Assembly: GCA_028717405.1 (NCBI GenBank)
Contig: JAQUNY010000001.1
Coordinates: forward strand, 1 to 37,423
Length of the DNA: 37,423 bases
Reading direction: 5' to 3'
Origin: Eubacteriales bacterium
Lineage (GTDB): Bacteria > Bacillota > Clostridia > JAQUNY01
Every line of letters begins with the position of its first letter. Positions within the stretch are counted from its first letter, which is position 1. The position numbers and the translations under genes are program-made. Below are positions 17,169 through 28,200 of the stretch, piece by piece. The notes beneath the pieces are model-generated. The model worked only from the letters and a program-made list of their open reading frames with translations. It was not told where the DNA came from and did no database searches.

Positions 17169-19100
17169 TCATTCAGCCTTTTTCAGGGTAAAAGCAAATA
17201 CCGATCCTCTGCCCGGCGTGCTTGATGCGAAGACCAAGCCGCCCATCAGCTCAGCCACATGCCTTGCAATAGACAGACCGAGGCCTGTTCCGCCTGTGCT
17301 TCCCCTTGATTTGTCAACTTTGTAGAACCTTTCCCATATGTGCCTCAGGTCTTCAGGCGATATTCCGGGTCCATTGTCTTCGACAGAAATTTTTAAATAG
17401 CCTCTTTCTTTGATTTCCTCTGTTTTTAAGCCCGGTACGGCATTAACATCTGCTCCTGCCCTGTCCATGACCTCTTCTGTCCTGATTCTGACTGTTCCGC
17501 CTTTTTGTGTATAGTTGATTGCATTATCAACTAATATAACAAGCAGCTGCTCAATTCTGTCCTCATTTCCCATCACTTTGGGAATGCTTTCTTCCTCTTC
17601 GTAAATTATCTTTATATCTTTTTTTTCACTTTGCAGCTTTAGTTTCGTCATAACGTTCACGATGATGCCCCCGACATCCATTGGCTCCATGTCAATCCGT
17701 GCATTGCCTGACTGGAGTCTGCTCAAATCAAGCAAATCATTGATCAATCGCTGAAGTCTCAGTGTTTCCCTGAAAATGATCTCATGATATCTTTCAATTA
17801 CATTCCTGTCGTCAACAGTCCCGTCGATCAGAGGCTCAATAAAGCCTCTTATTGATGTTAGAGGAGTCCTGAGTTCATGAGATATATTCGCCACATAGTC
17901 CTGCCTCAGCTGCTCCAGCTTTGCCGTCTCGCTGATGTCACTCAGCAGAGCAACGCTTCCTATTGTTTCATCAGAACCATCTGTTATGGGTGAAACAATG
18001 GCATGGATGGTGAGACCCTTTTCCGTGATATGATCGGTTTCCTCGGTCACACCGTATTTGAGCACCTCATCAATTGTATTCGCCAGCCATCTGTATTTTT
18101 CATGTCTCATACCTTCATTTTCAGAAATATCACTATTTCCTGCGCTGATTATCATATCCGGAGTTATCAGCCTGATATCAAGGAGTTCCATAAAAGCTCT
18201 GTTGTAATGTATGATTTTTTTATCCCGGTCTACTGCAAGCATCCCTTCGGAAAGGCTGGTCAGTATAAGCTCCAGTTTCTTTTTTTCGTTCTGCAGTTCA
18301 GTAATCGTGTTGTCAAGTTCACCGGAAAGATCATTGAGTGAATTGCCAAGCTGACCTATCTCATCATTTTTTCTGACTTCGATCCTTCGCTTGTAATTGC
18401 CGGCTACCATGGCTTTTGCTGTCCTGTTCATCTGGCTCAAAGGATTTGATATGCTCCTTGAAAGATAATAAGCTATTATGAGAGCAGGCAGCATTGAAGT
18501 GAATGCGGCGAAAATAAGCAGTCTTATTATGTTTGTATTTACTTCGCGGATATTGATTACCGGCTTGCTCAGAAAAAGTGCTCCCAGGAATTCTCCGGTA
18601 TCTTCAGAATTTACAGGTATTCCTATAGATATTGCGTTTTCACCCAGATATCTGGTATAACCGGTTTTAACGGTAGATTTCCCTTCATTGATAATTTTCA
18701 GGTCTTCGCTGTCGATTTTCATTCCCTTCTGTATGTTCGTGTCGCCATATATGCCTCTTGAAACTGCGAAAATTATCCCGTTTTTATCTGTGACCCAGAA
18801 GCGAATGCTCCAGACCTGTTCAAGAGAATTGATCAGATATTCAATGCTTATCTGGTCCATCCTCGTGTACATATGGGGCGATATTATCCTGCTCAGGTTA
18901 ACACCCCTTGCAGCCAGCTCTTTTTCTTCGGAGTTAATAAAATATCTGTACGAAAAACTTGTGAAAATAACAGCAATCAGCACAAGTGTTATAGCCATCA
19001 CCGCAATAAAAGAAATGATAAGTCTTCTGAAAAGTGTTCTTTTTGCTTCTCTGCCCTCGGGAACAATATGAATCAAGAAAGGATCACCGCCATATATCAA
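17169..19100 (-). CDS. Sensor histidine kinase (two TM segments, extracytoplasmic loop, HAMP, PAS, HisKA, HATPase_c; PhoR/WalK-like class)
   Basis: 643-aa ORF. The H-box is DYVANISHELRTPLTSIRGFIEPLIDG. The N, G1 and G2 boxes are VDNAINYT, EDNGPGI and GGTGLGLSI. The gene is immediately downstream of its response regulator. The start codon (TTG at 19100) is uncertain. Confidence 0.85.
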   Translation of the reverse strand: MIYGGDPFLIHIVPEGREAKRTLFRRLIISFIAVMAITLVLIAVIFTSFSYRYFINSEEKELAARGVNLSRIISPHMYTRMDQISIEYLINSLEQVWSIRFWVTDKNGIIFAVSRGIYGDTNIQKGMKIDSEDLKIINEGKSTVKTGYTRYLGENAISIGIPVNSEDTGEFLGALFLSKPVINIREVNTNIIRLLIFAAFTSMLPALIIAYYLSRSISNPLSQMNRTAKAMVAGNYKRRIEVRKNDEIGQLGNSLNDLSGELDNTITELQNEKKKLELILTSLSEGMLAVDRDKKIIHYNRAFMELLDIRLITPDMIISAGNSDISENEGMRHEKYRWLANTIDEVLKYGVTEETDHITEKGLTIHAIVSPITDGSDETIGSVALLSDISETAKLEQLRQDYVANISHELRTPLTSIRGFIEPLIDGTVDDRNVIERYHEIIFRETLRLQRLINDLLDLSRLQSGNARIDMEPMDVGGIIVNVMTKLKLQSEKKDIKIIYEEEESIPKVMGNEDRIEQLLVILVDNAINYTQKGGTVRIRTEEVMDRAGADVNAVPGLKTEEIKERGYLKISVEDNGPGISPEDLRHIWERFYKVDKSRGSTGGTGLGLSIARHVAELMGGLVFASSTPGRGSVFAFTLKKAE

Positions 19101-19108
19101 TTACTGTA

Positions 19109-19828
19109 TCAGCTTATGCCTGCAGTTTCTTTTGGATCAATATCAAATTTATAGCCTACTCCCCATACCGTTTTTATTGACCAGGGATGGCTTTTCCTGC
19201 TGCTGCTTTCAAGCTTCGCCCTGATTCTTTTTATATGAGTGTCAACTGTTCTGGAGTCCCCGAAATAATCATATCCCCATACGACCTCGAGCAGTTTCTC
19301 CCTGCTGAACACCCTGCCGGGGCTGCCGGCCAGGGTCCACATTATTTCAATTTCTTTGGGTGTGCAGATCACTGCCTCGTCATCAACCTTTATATAATAC
19401 TCAGTCATATTTATTTCCAGTCCCGGAAAGATTATCGAATCCGCGGGAAAAGTATCCCTGTCGTTTATCCGTCTCAGGACAGCCTTGACTCGCGCAGCCA
19501 CCTCTCTCGGGCTGAAAGGCTTTGTAATATAGTCGTCTGCTCCAAGCTCAAGTCCGATTATCCTGTCAAGCTCCTCGCCCTTTGCCGTCAGCATAATAAC
19601 AGGAATTTTTGATGTGTTCCTTATTCTTTTACATACTTCCATACCATCTATGTGGGGCATCATAATATCAAGCAATACCAGAGCGGGTTTGCCTGTCTGT
19701 ACTTTTTGCAGTGTCTCCTGCCCGTCTCCCGCGTGGATAACTTCATATCCTTCTTTTTTTAAATAGAGCGCAATTATCTCTCTGACATTTTCATCATCGT
19801 CAGCAATCAATATTGTATTTTTAGACAT
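19109..19828 (-). CDS. OmpR/PhoB family response regulator
   Basis: The receiver domain reads ILIADDDENVREI...LDIMMPHIDG...LTAKG. The C-terminal winged helix reads LTPKEIEIMWTLA...VFSREKLLE.VWGYDYFGDSRTVDTHIKRIR.KL...I.TVWGVGYKF. I moved the start to the ATG at 19828; the ORF-track GTG lies inside the RBS GGCAGGTGA. Confidence 0.9.
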   Translation of the reverse strand: MSKNTILIADDDENVREIIALYLKKEGYEVIHAGDGQETLQKVQTGKPALVLLDIMMPHIDGMEVCKRIRNTSKIPVIMLTAKGEELDRIIGLELGADDYITKPFSPREVAARVKAVLRRINDRDTFPADSIIFPGLEINMTEYYIKVDDEAVICTPKEIEIMWTLAGSPGRVFSREKLLEVVWGYDYFGDSRTVDTHIKRIRAKLESSSRKSHPWSIKTVWGVGYKFDIDPKETAGIS

Positions 19829-20140
19829 CTTTGTTTTCACCTGCCTCTTTCTTTAAGTACATTGGCTTTTTATCCCAGGCAACGCTCCCCAAACCCTGTA
19901 TATCTTTCAGATGCCCACATACCTTGTATTATATCGCACATGAAAAATCGATTCTACTCCGTGTACGGCTGCCGCTTTAAATAACTCAAATTCACAACTC
20001 TAACCGGCAGGTATAATCCGCTCAAATCAACTGTTTTCATTTTATTCCCACATTTTGTCGCTCATGTGTTATATATGTGAATAGGGTGTGACAGTGGATC
20101 CGCTTCTCTTTCTGCAGTTGTTTCAGCCATAACTGTGCTT

Positions 20141-20177
20141 TAAAAACAAAAAGGCACGCAATAATTATCTGCGTGCT
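20141..20177 (-). terminator. Rho-independent terminator downstream of gdhA
   Basis: The minus strand reads GCACGCA-gataattat-TGCGTGC, followed by CTTTTTGTTTTTA. That is a 7-bp GC-rich stem with a 9-nt loop and a U-tract, about 110 nt after the gdhA stop. Confidence 0.6.
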
Positions 20178-20289
20178 TTCTGCTTTCATTTACATCTCAA
20201 GTATTGTTTATAATTTTTTCATCCCGTATTTTTTATTTTATCGTTACGTTTCTCAATGCCGATATATTCAGGAGCACATTATACTGATG

Positions 20290-21648
<1,359 letters not shown>

Positions 21649-21686
21649 TCATACAAGATAACGGTATATAAGGCCTGACCGAAGTA

Positions 21687-21715
21687 ATTATAGCAGACAA
21701 CACAAATTTGTGCAA
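21687..21715 (-). promoter_or_regulatory. Strong candidate sigma-A promoter of gdhA
   Basis: On the minus strand, TTGCAC (21715..21710) is followed by a 17-nt spacer and TATAAT (21692..21687), with the extended -10 TGc. It lies about 60 nt upstream of the gdhA ATG. A perfect 12-bp palindrome overlaps the -35 element. Confidence 0.6.
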
Positions 21716-21834
21716 GATTTGATTTCGAAAATTTCATTAAGTTTTTAAAATATTATTTAGATATATTTTCCCTTGGAAACATAATGTGTTATGTAATATA
21801 ACAGTTCATAGATTTATCAGGTTTAACAGCCATT

Positions 21835-23400
21835 TCAAGCGTCTTTCCCATTATCTGCACCAAATGAGTCTCTTATTTCCGCTTCCATCTCCTCGTATTT
21901 ATCAAGCAGCTTTATGAAAGTTTCAACTACTTCTCCGTCAAATTGGGTTCCCTTATTACCCTTAAGCTGTTTCACTGATTCCTCAAGGCTCATCTTTGGC
22001 CTGTAACTTCTGTCTGAAGTCATTGCATCAAATGCATCTGAAACAGCCAGTATCCTGGCCATCAAAGGTATCCCGTCCCCTTTGAGATTATCTGGATACC
22101 CTTTTCCGTCAATTCTCTCATGATGGCTCCTGACAACGGGAACGACTTCCCTGAAAAGAGATGATGCCGCCAGTATCTGCGCGCTTCTCAGTGGATGCTT
22201 TCTCATCTCTTCAAATTCCTCTTCCTCCAGTGCAGACGGTTTGAGAAGGATATTATCTGATATGCTTATCTTACCTATATCATGAAAAATGCCGCTGATC
22301 CTGAGCGTTTCAACCTGATCTCCGTTTAAGCCCATTGCTTCCCCTATCCGGGCCGAATAGTACGAGACCCTGTCAGAATGGCCTCTGGTATATACATCCT
22401 TTGCACCTACTGCCTGGCGCAAAGCTTCTATCGTATCGATATAGCTTTTTTTAAGCTGATCATATGTTCTTTCTATTTCATCATTTTTTCTTCTTACCAG
22501 ATCGTGGAGACAAATATTGCTGACAGCTGCCGCAACCTGTTCTGCAAAAATCTCTAAAAGCCTCTCTGTTTCTTCATTTGTATCACACTCGGTGTATATT
22601 GATCCAATAAATCCTGAAAATCTGTCTTTAAGAGGAAGAAGCATACCACCGGCCATCTTTAAAGGCCTTCCGAAAATCCTGGCTTCTTCGATCCCCGCCA
22701 GCAATTCCCTGTCAAGAAGCATTCTGTAATCCTTCTCTTCGGGAATCTCTCCTGCAGCAAATTCTCCCGTCCCTTTGAAAATTGTTTTTTTGACTTCAGT
22801 CTGCCCTGAACTGTTTCCTCCGCAGCTGTCATTTTCTGTATTTATTTCTGCCAGTATAAAGGAATTTTCCCTGCCGATTATCCGATTCATTTCCCCGAGC
22901 ACATTCATAAGGGCAGTATTAAAATCATTCAGATGATAAATCCTCGGAACAGAGTCAATTATGCGTCCCAGCCCATCCTTGAAGCTTTTTATCGTTCTCA
23001 TCTGGGCAACCGATTTTATTCCGGATTCGATAAGCAATAAAAGCTGCTCAAATTTATCGCTTTTCTCGCAATAGCCCTGTATATCAAGAGCTTTGATTGT
23101 TTCAAGCGGCGGTGCTATATCCTTATGTCCTGTGAGGAGGAGTATGTAAATATCTTTGTCGAATTCCCTTATGCTTTCAACGACCTTGTCTCCGTGTATG
23201 GGATTCATAAGATAGTCCAGTATCAGTAAATCATAATGTTCTTCCCTTAATATTCCCAGGGCTTCCACAGGGTCGGTAAAACCAGCGCAGCCATACCCGC
23301 TGCGGTTAAGTATAACCGAAAGTGAATCTATTATGCCTTCCTCATCATCTACAACCATGATCCTGTATTTTGATGACAAGTCCACCCTTTTTCTTCTCAT
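21835..23400 (-). CDS. Response regulator with REC, GAF-like and HD-GYP domains (predicted c-di-GMP phosphodiesterase output)
   Basis: The receiver domain reads IMVVDDEEGI...LLILDYLMNP...LLLTGH. A central segment of about 170 aa has a GAF-like pattern. The C-terminal HD-GYP domain reads GHSDRV...HDIGKI...HHERIDGKGYP. I prefer the ATG at 23400, which has GAGG 7 nt upstream; a GTG at 23403 is also possible. Confidence 0.85.
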   Translation of the reverse strand: MRRKRVDLSSKYRIMVVDDEEGIIDSLSVILNRSGYGCAGFTDPVEALGILREEHYDLLILDYLMNPIHGDKVVESIREFDKDIYILLLTGHKDIAPPLETIKALDIQGYCEKSDKFEQLLLLIESGIKSVAQMRTIKSFKDGLGRIIDSVPRIYHLNDFNTALMNVLGEMNRIIGRENSFILAEINTENDSCGGNSSGQTEVKKTIFKGTGEFAAGEIPEEKDYRMLLDRELLAGIEEARIFGRPLKMAGGMLLPLKDRFSGFIGSIYTECDTNEETERLLEIFAEQVAAAVSNICLHDLVRRKNDEIERTYDQLKKSYIDTIEALRQAVGAKDVYTRGHSDRVSYYSARIGEAMGLNGDQVETLRISGIFHDIGKISISDNILLKPSALEEEEFEEMRKHPLRSAQILAASSLFREVVPVVRSHHERIDGKGYPDNLKGDGIPLMARILAVSDAFDAMTSDRSYRPKMSLEESVKQLKGNKGTQFDGEVVETFIKLLDKYEEMEAEIRDSFGADNGKDA

Positions 23401-23452
23401 CACAATACCTCAGGCAACAGAATATCAATTACCGATATATCAATTGTCTAAA

Positions 23453-25276
23453 TCAGATGGTTTCAGGAATCGATATGTAAAAAGTGGTCCCCTCTCCTTC
23501 TTTTGATTCGAACCACATATTCCCGCCGAATCTGCCTTTTACATTGGCATAGGATATATAAAGCCCCAGGCCGGTTCCTTCTTTCCCCTTGGTCGTTATC
23601 ATTTCCTTGAACAGTTTCGGCTTAATATCTTCCTTTATCCCCTCACCATAATCCTGTATGGTAAATACAATATTACTATTATCATCTTTTTTGATGTTTA
23701 AGTCAATATCGCCGCTGGAGCCTTTATATGCTTGTATGGCATTTATTATCAGATTATCAAAAACCTGTATCATATTGCTGATATCTCCATCCAGCTTGGT
23801 ACCCATATCGATTTCTGAACTTACATTCAGCCTGCAGTGATATTTATTCAGTTCGTGCTTCATCAGCAATTCGACTCTCTTTATAAGTTCGTCTAATGTA
23901 AAGCTGAATAGAAAGGGAGTATTGTATTGGACAGTCTGCCCCTTGACAGTAGTGATGATATCAGACATATAAGAACAGTGAGGCTTCATCTTTTCAAGCC
24001 AGCCGGCCATTTCTGAAGCAATTTCATGGTGATCATCCCCGGTCACCAGTTCGTCGTCAATAGACTCATCATATTCGGCAACAAGGTCCTTCAATGCCTC
24101 AATGCCCCCCGAAACCGACATTATAGGCGTCTTGAGGTTGTGTGCTATGCCGCCGACCAGCTGTCCCAGCGAAACCAGCCTCTCGTGTTCCATAAGTATG
24201 CTTTGTTTTTCCTTTATGGTCTGCAGGTCCTTTACACTCTGCGTGATATCTTTAAGCAGGATGATTGCGCCGAGATAATTTCTTCTGGAATATATCGACG
24301 TTACCTCTATCATAAAATATTTATCAAAAGATCCCTCTCTTATATGCCTCTCAAAGGTTTCTGCCTTACGCGACTTTCTGGCCTTTGTTATGAATTCGGA
24401 TAATTCGTCTCCGTTTATTCCCATTTTCAGTTTTACATCCAGCAAATCGGGGAAATAATCATTCCTTTTTATACGGTAAAAATACTCAAACATATCAGCA
24501 AAGGTCCTGTTAAAGTCGACAATCCTCATTTCTTCATTTAGTACTACAAAACTGTCCGATATAAGGTCAACAACATTTTTAAGGGCTATAGGCACTATAT
24601 TGAGAAAATTGAATTTCATAATAGCATAGGCGTACATCACCACTGCTATTGAAAATGCCACAGGTGTGGCATATGCATTCAGTTCAGCCAAATTGAAGGT
24701 GGCCATTACATTAACGATAAGCGGTATCATTGTTCCAATAATTATCAGAAGCGATTGCCTGGAAATAAGGCCTGAATTTTTAATTGAAGTCCTGATGAGA
24801 AAGAACAGACCTGTTATAAAACATCCGTAGGAATACACGGCATGCACCAGGAAATAATAACCCGGCATTGTCTCGCTGTTGTTAAGCGAATATTTAATAT
24901 AAAAAAGCCCGTGCAAATCGTTTGTCATGTATATTACGGCAGACAACGCCGGGATAATTAACAGTAATAAATATCTTTTTGTAAAAACGATCTTTGATCT
25001 GGCAAATATCAGTCCGAAAAGCAGCATGGCAAGAGGCGTAAAAATCAGTCCAATATGCGTGACCGACAGATAAAAATTGTACGTTTTCCATTCGAACAGA
25101 TCCGCATAGGTCTCCATCAACAAGCCTATATCCCAGAGTATCATAAAAAACAGATAGCTCAGGAAAACATAATGTATCTGCGACTTATTCCTCATTTTCA
25201 GTATGAACGCCATTATTGCGGCGACAAGCAGAAGTGAAATATGAAGCATTGTGAATGAAACTGCTATGTCAGTCAT
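23453..25276 (-). CDS. Sensor histidine kinase with an N-terminal multi-pass (7TM-type) membrane domain, PAS, HisKA and HATPase_c
   Basis: About 230 aa of consecutive hydrophobic helices are followed by a PAS-like segment. The H-box is LVGGIAHNLKTPIMSV, and the N/G boxes are NLIINAIQA, QDYGEGI and GTGLGLYIS. I prefer the ATG at 25276, which has GAAGGTGAG upstream and overlaps the NRPS stop by 8 nt. The ORF-track start at 25297 has no RBS. Confidence 0.85.
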   Translation of the reverse strand: MTDIAVSFTMLHISLLLVAAIMAFILKMRNKSQIHYVFLSYLFFMILWDIGLLMETYADLFEWKTYNFYLSVTHIGLIFTPLAMLLFGLIFARSKIVFTKRYLLLLIIPALSAVIYMTNDLHGLFYIKYSLNNSETMPGYYFLVHAVYSYGCFITGLFFLIRTSIKNSGLISRQSLLIIIGTMIPLIVNVMATFNLAELNAYATPVAFSIAVVMYAYAIMKFNFLNIVPIALKNVVDLISDSFVVLNEEMRIVDFNRTFADMFEYFYRIKRNDYFPDLLDVKLKMGINGDELSEFITKARKSRKAETFERHIREGSFDKYFMIEVTSIYSRRNYLGAIILLKDITQSVKDLQTIKEKQSILMEHERLVSLGQLVGGIAHNLKTPIMSVSGGIEALKDLVAEYDESIDDELVTGDDHHEIASEMAGWLEKMKPHCSYMSDIITTVKGQTVQYNTPFLFSFTLDELIKRVELLMKHELNKYHCRLNVSSEIDMGTKLDGDISNMIQVFDNLIINAIQAYKGSSGDIDLNIKKDDNSNIVFTIQDYGEGIKEDIKPKLFKEMITTKGKEGTGLGLYISYANVKGRFGGNMWFESKEGEGTTFYISIPETI

Positions 25277-28200
25277 TGCTCTCACCTTCTTCCCCATTTA
25301 TATAGCTTGTGATCATGGCTGAAAGATATCGGGCTTCCGGCTTATTCCATTCAAATCCGAGTTTTTTAAGGTATCTTACTGTTTTAAGTCTCTGCACCCT
25401 GACCGGCAGCCTGTCACCTTTTTCCTTAATATAATCCATTCTCTGTATTACTCCCTTCAGAATATCAGCATAAGAACCATCTTCAGACAATTTTCTGATA
25501 AGCGCATCATATTCCCCTGCATTCATTTTTTTGATTCCGGCCCCCATTTTGCGCATTGCCGCCGCTATGTCTTCCAGTCCCAGTGTGTCGCCTGCGATAT
25601 GATATGTCCTTCCACAGTTACATTTTCTGCATGCGATGAGCCATACTGCCCTGGCACACAAATCTACCGGTGTAAGATCAATTTTACTCTCTGTACCGGA
25701 CCCTGTTGTTCCCGGGCAATATGCGCCCAGTCTGTACATTGCGTATATCATATTCCGAAATGCATTCTGACCTGTATTTATCTGAAAACGTCCGTCCTCA
25801 TACCTTGGCGTAATATTGCCGACTCTGAGAACAGCTGCTTTCAATCCATCCTCCGCCATTTTGTTGAGGATCTTCTCAGCTTCATATTTACTTCTTATAT
25901 ACGGATTACTGATCTCCTGCCCGATATCAAGGCTGTTTTCAGAAAAGACAGGAGCCATGCCTGCCAGCTTGACCGGGTCATAAACTCCCGCAATACCCGT
26001 TGTCGAAATATGGTACAGACACGCTCCGGACGATTGGGCGGCAGCTGCTGCTGTGACAGCGCCTTCAATGTTCGTTTTTGTAAAAGCCTCTTTTCTGCCA
26101 TAATGGCTCACAAGAGCAGCACTGTTTATCACTGCATCGGTACCCTCAACCAATCCCAAATAATCGTTTTCCGGCAGGCCGAATTTTTCCAGAGAAATGT
26201 CACCCTCAACAGCAAATATCCTTTTTCCAAACAATTGATCATATTTATTTCCAAAATAGAATCTGATAATCCCGGCAAGCCTTTTATCCGGGCTCATGTC
26301 ACTGTGATGCCTGATTATACAATACACATCGGCGCCGGATTCTTCTGCGATCACTGCAAGTATGTGTGCTCCCAGAAAGCCTGTTGCTCCTGTGAGAATA
26401 ATTTTTTTCATCTTATCATTGTCTTCATGCATCCCGCCATTTTCTGTGCCGCCTCTGTAATCTTTTTTATTGTCAAAAGCCAGGTAGTGTTTACCGTTAT
26501 AAACGATCTCAGGGTTTTCATTCACTGAGCTGTCTACGGCAGTGTTTCTCTTTCCTGCAATAATTTTTTCAGCCAGCCTCCTGATCGTTTGATATCTGTA
26601 AAAATCCTGCGTATGCAAACCCCAATTATAAGGAAATGCCTTTATCTGTACTTGAAGTATTGCGAGCGAATCACCCCCGCGATCGAAGAAATTATCATCT
26701 ATCCCAATATTTTCTTTCATGTCGAGGACTTCTTTCCATATCGATGCGAGCTGTTCATGAACCTTGTTTTCAGGCGCACTGTAAACGGCTTCACTCTGAC
26801 TTTGAACAGGTACTGTAGAAAGGGCTGTTCTGTCAATTTTACCGCTGGGTGTCAGAGGCATTGAATCAATTTTTCCAAAATACCCCGGTATCATGTACTC
26901 AGGCAGCCTGTCCGAAAGAAATTCTCTCAATTCTGCTATGGATATTTCTTCAGTTGAAATATAAAAAGCGCAAAGGCTTTTTCTTCCCTGCTCATCCTCC
27001 TTAAGGACCACCGCGACTTCCTTTATCCTCTCATGCTCAGAAAGCCTGCTTTCTATTTCACCCGGTTCGATCCTGTACCCACGTATTTTTACCTGGTGGT
27101 CGATCCTCCCCATAAATTCAAGATTGCCGTCCGCACCCCATCTTGCTATATCTCCGGTTCTATACATTATCATCCCCGGAGAAAACCTGTCAGGCAGGAA
27201 TTTCTCCGCAGTAAGCTGCGGCTTACCTAAATATCCCTTCCCGACACATTCACCTGTTATGTAAATCTCGCCCCATACACCGATCGGAGACAATGAGCCG
27301 TTTTTGTTCAAAACGTACACACCTGAATTACAAACCGGTTTGCCTATCGGCGGTACGGAAGGAATGTCTTTCCCAGGGTCAACTGTATACATTGTGGCAA
27401 CATGCGTCTCGGAAGGTCCATAATGATTATGCAGAAAAATCCTTCTTTCCTTAAGGAATTTTTTTAAAGTATTGTTTATTATAAGCTGTTCCCCAGCAAC
27501 AATTATATGCTTCAGCGAAAGAGGCAGCCTTTCAATTACACTTCTGTCAGATGCCATCAGTTTGAGATACGACGGCGGTATAAACAGAACGCTGACTTGT
27601 TCTTTTCCCGCCAGGTCTGTAAGTCTGACAGGATTCCTCTTTATCTCCTCATCTGCTATAACCAGTCTGCCTCCCGCCAGTAAAGTACTGAATATTTCCT
27701 GATAGCAAACATCAAAGCTTATTGTAGTAAACTGAAGGACATTAGCGCGAAAATCAATATTTGAGGAACCATATTCGGTCCGGATCAGATTTATGATGCA
27801 GCGGTGCGGTATAATAACGCCTTTTGGCCTGCCTGTCGAGCCTGATGTATATATAATGTATAATGTGCTTTCAGGATCTGCATCATGAAAAGCCTGGCCG
27901 GCATTTGCATTATATAAGGCATTGCCGGGCATGGACCGATCTCCTGTCTCCCGCACAAAATCCAAATCATCAATCACATTGCAGTCCCCTGAAGCTCTTC
28001 TGATCCTTATTATCCTTCCATTATATCCGGGGGGCACTTCACCCTCTCCGTCCCGGCAGATAAGCAGCGACGCTCCACTGTCATGAAGCATGTAAGCGAT
28101 TCTTTCTTCCGGGTAGTCCGGATCAAGCGGCAGGAACGCAGCTCCGGTTTTTATAATTGCAATAAGACATGCGACAAAGGTCGGCGAACGCTTCATCATA

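Noticed and set aside
17169-19828. Assigning the gene symbols phoR/phoP to the two-component system.
   Set aside because: H-box similarity is shared with WalK- and ResE-type kinases, and the genes are not adjacent to pst. The symbols were left blank.
19940-19984. 14-codon plus-strand ORF (MKNRFYSVYGCRFK) in the long intergenic region, considered as a possible peptide or leader.
   Set aside because: It has no RBS, no recognisable leader-peptide logic and no adjacent modification or export genes. It is too short to support.
21721-21735. CodY-like box (minus strand AATTTTCGAAATC) upstream of gdhA.
   Set aside because: Only about 9 of 15 positions match the AATTTTCWGAAAATT consensus, and the second half-site is lost. 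In AT-rich intergenic DNA this is expected by chance.
21779-21794. Hairpin ACATAA-tgtg-TTATGT downstream of the HD-GYP regulator gene, considered as a terminator.
   Set aside because: The stem is a purely AT-rich 6-bp stem with no U-tract, so it is unlikely to terminate transcription. No convincing terminator was found for this gene.
25599-26528. A 309-aa plus-strand ORF, plus many other 60 to 190-aa ORFs in the six-frame track (for example 8011..8475, 11527..11961, 31348..31755 and 2776..3339) that lie antisense to or out of frame with the large genes.
   Set aside because: All are fully contained in genes with strong family-level motif support on the other strand or frame. They lack RBS-like sequences and have Cys/Ser/Ile/Phe-rich low-complexity translations typical of shadow ORFs.
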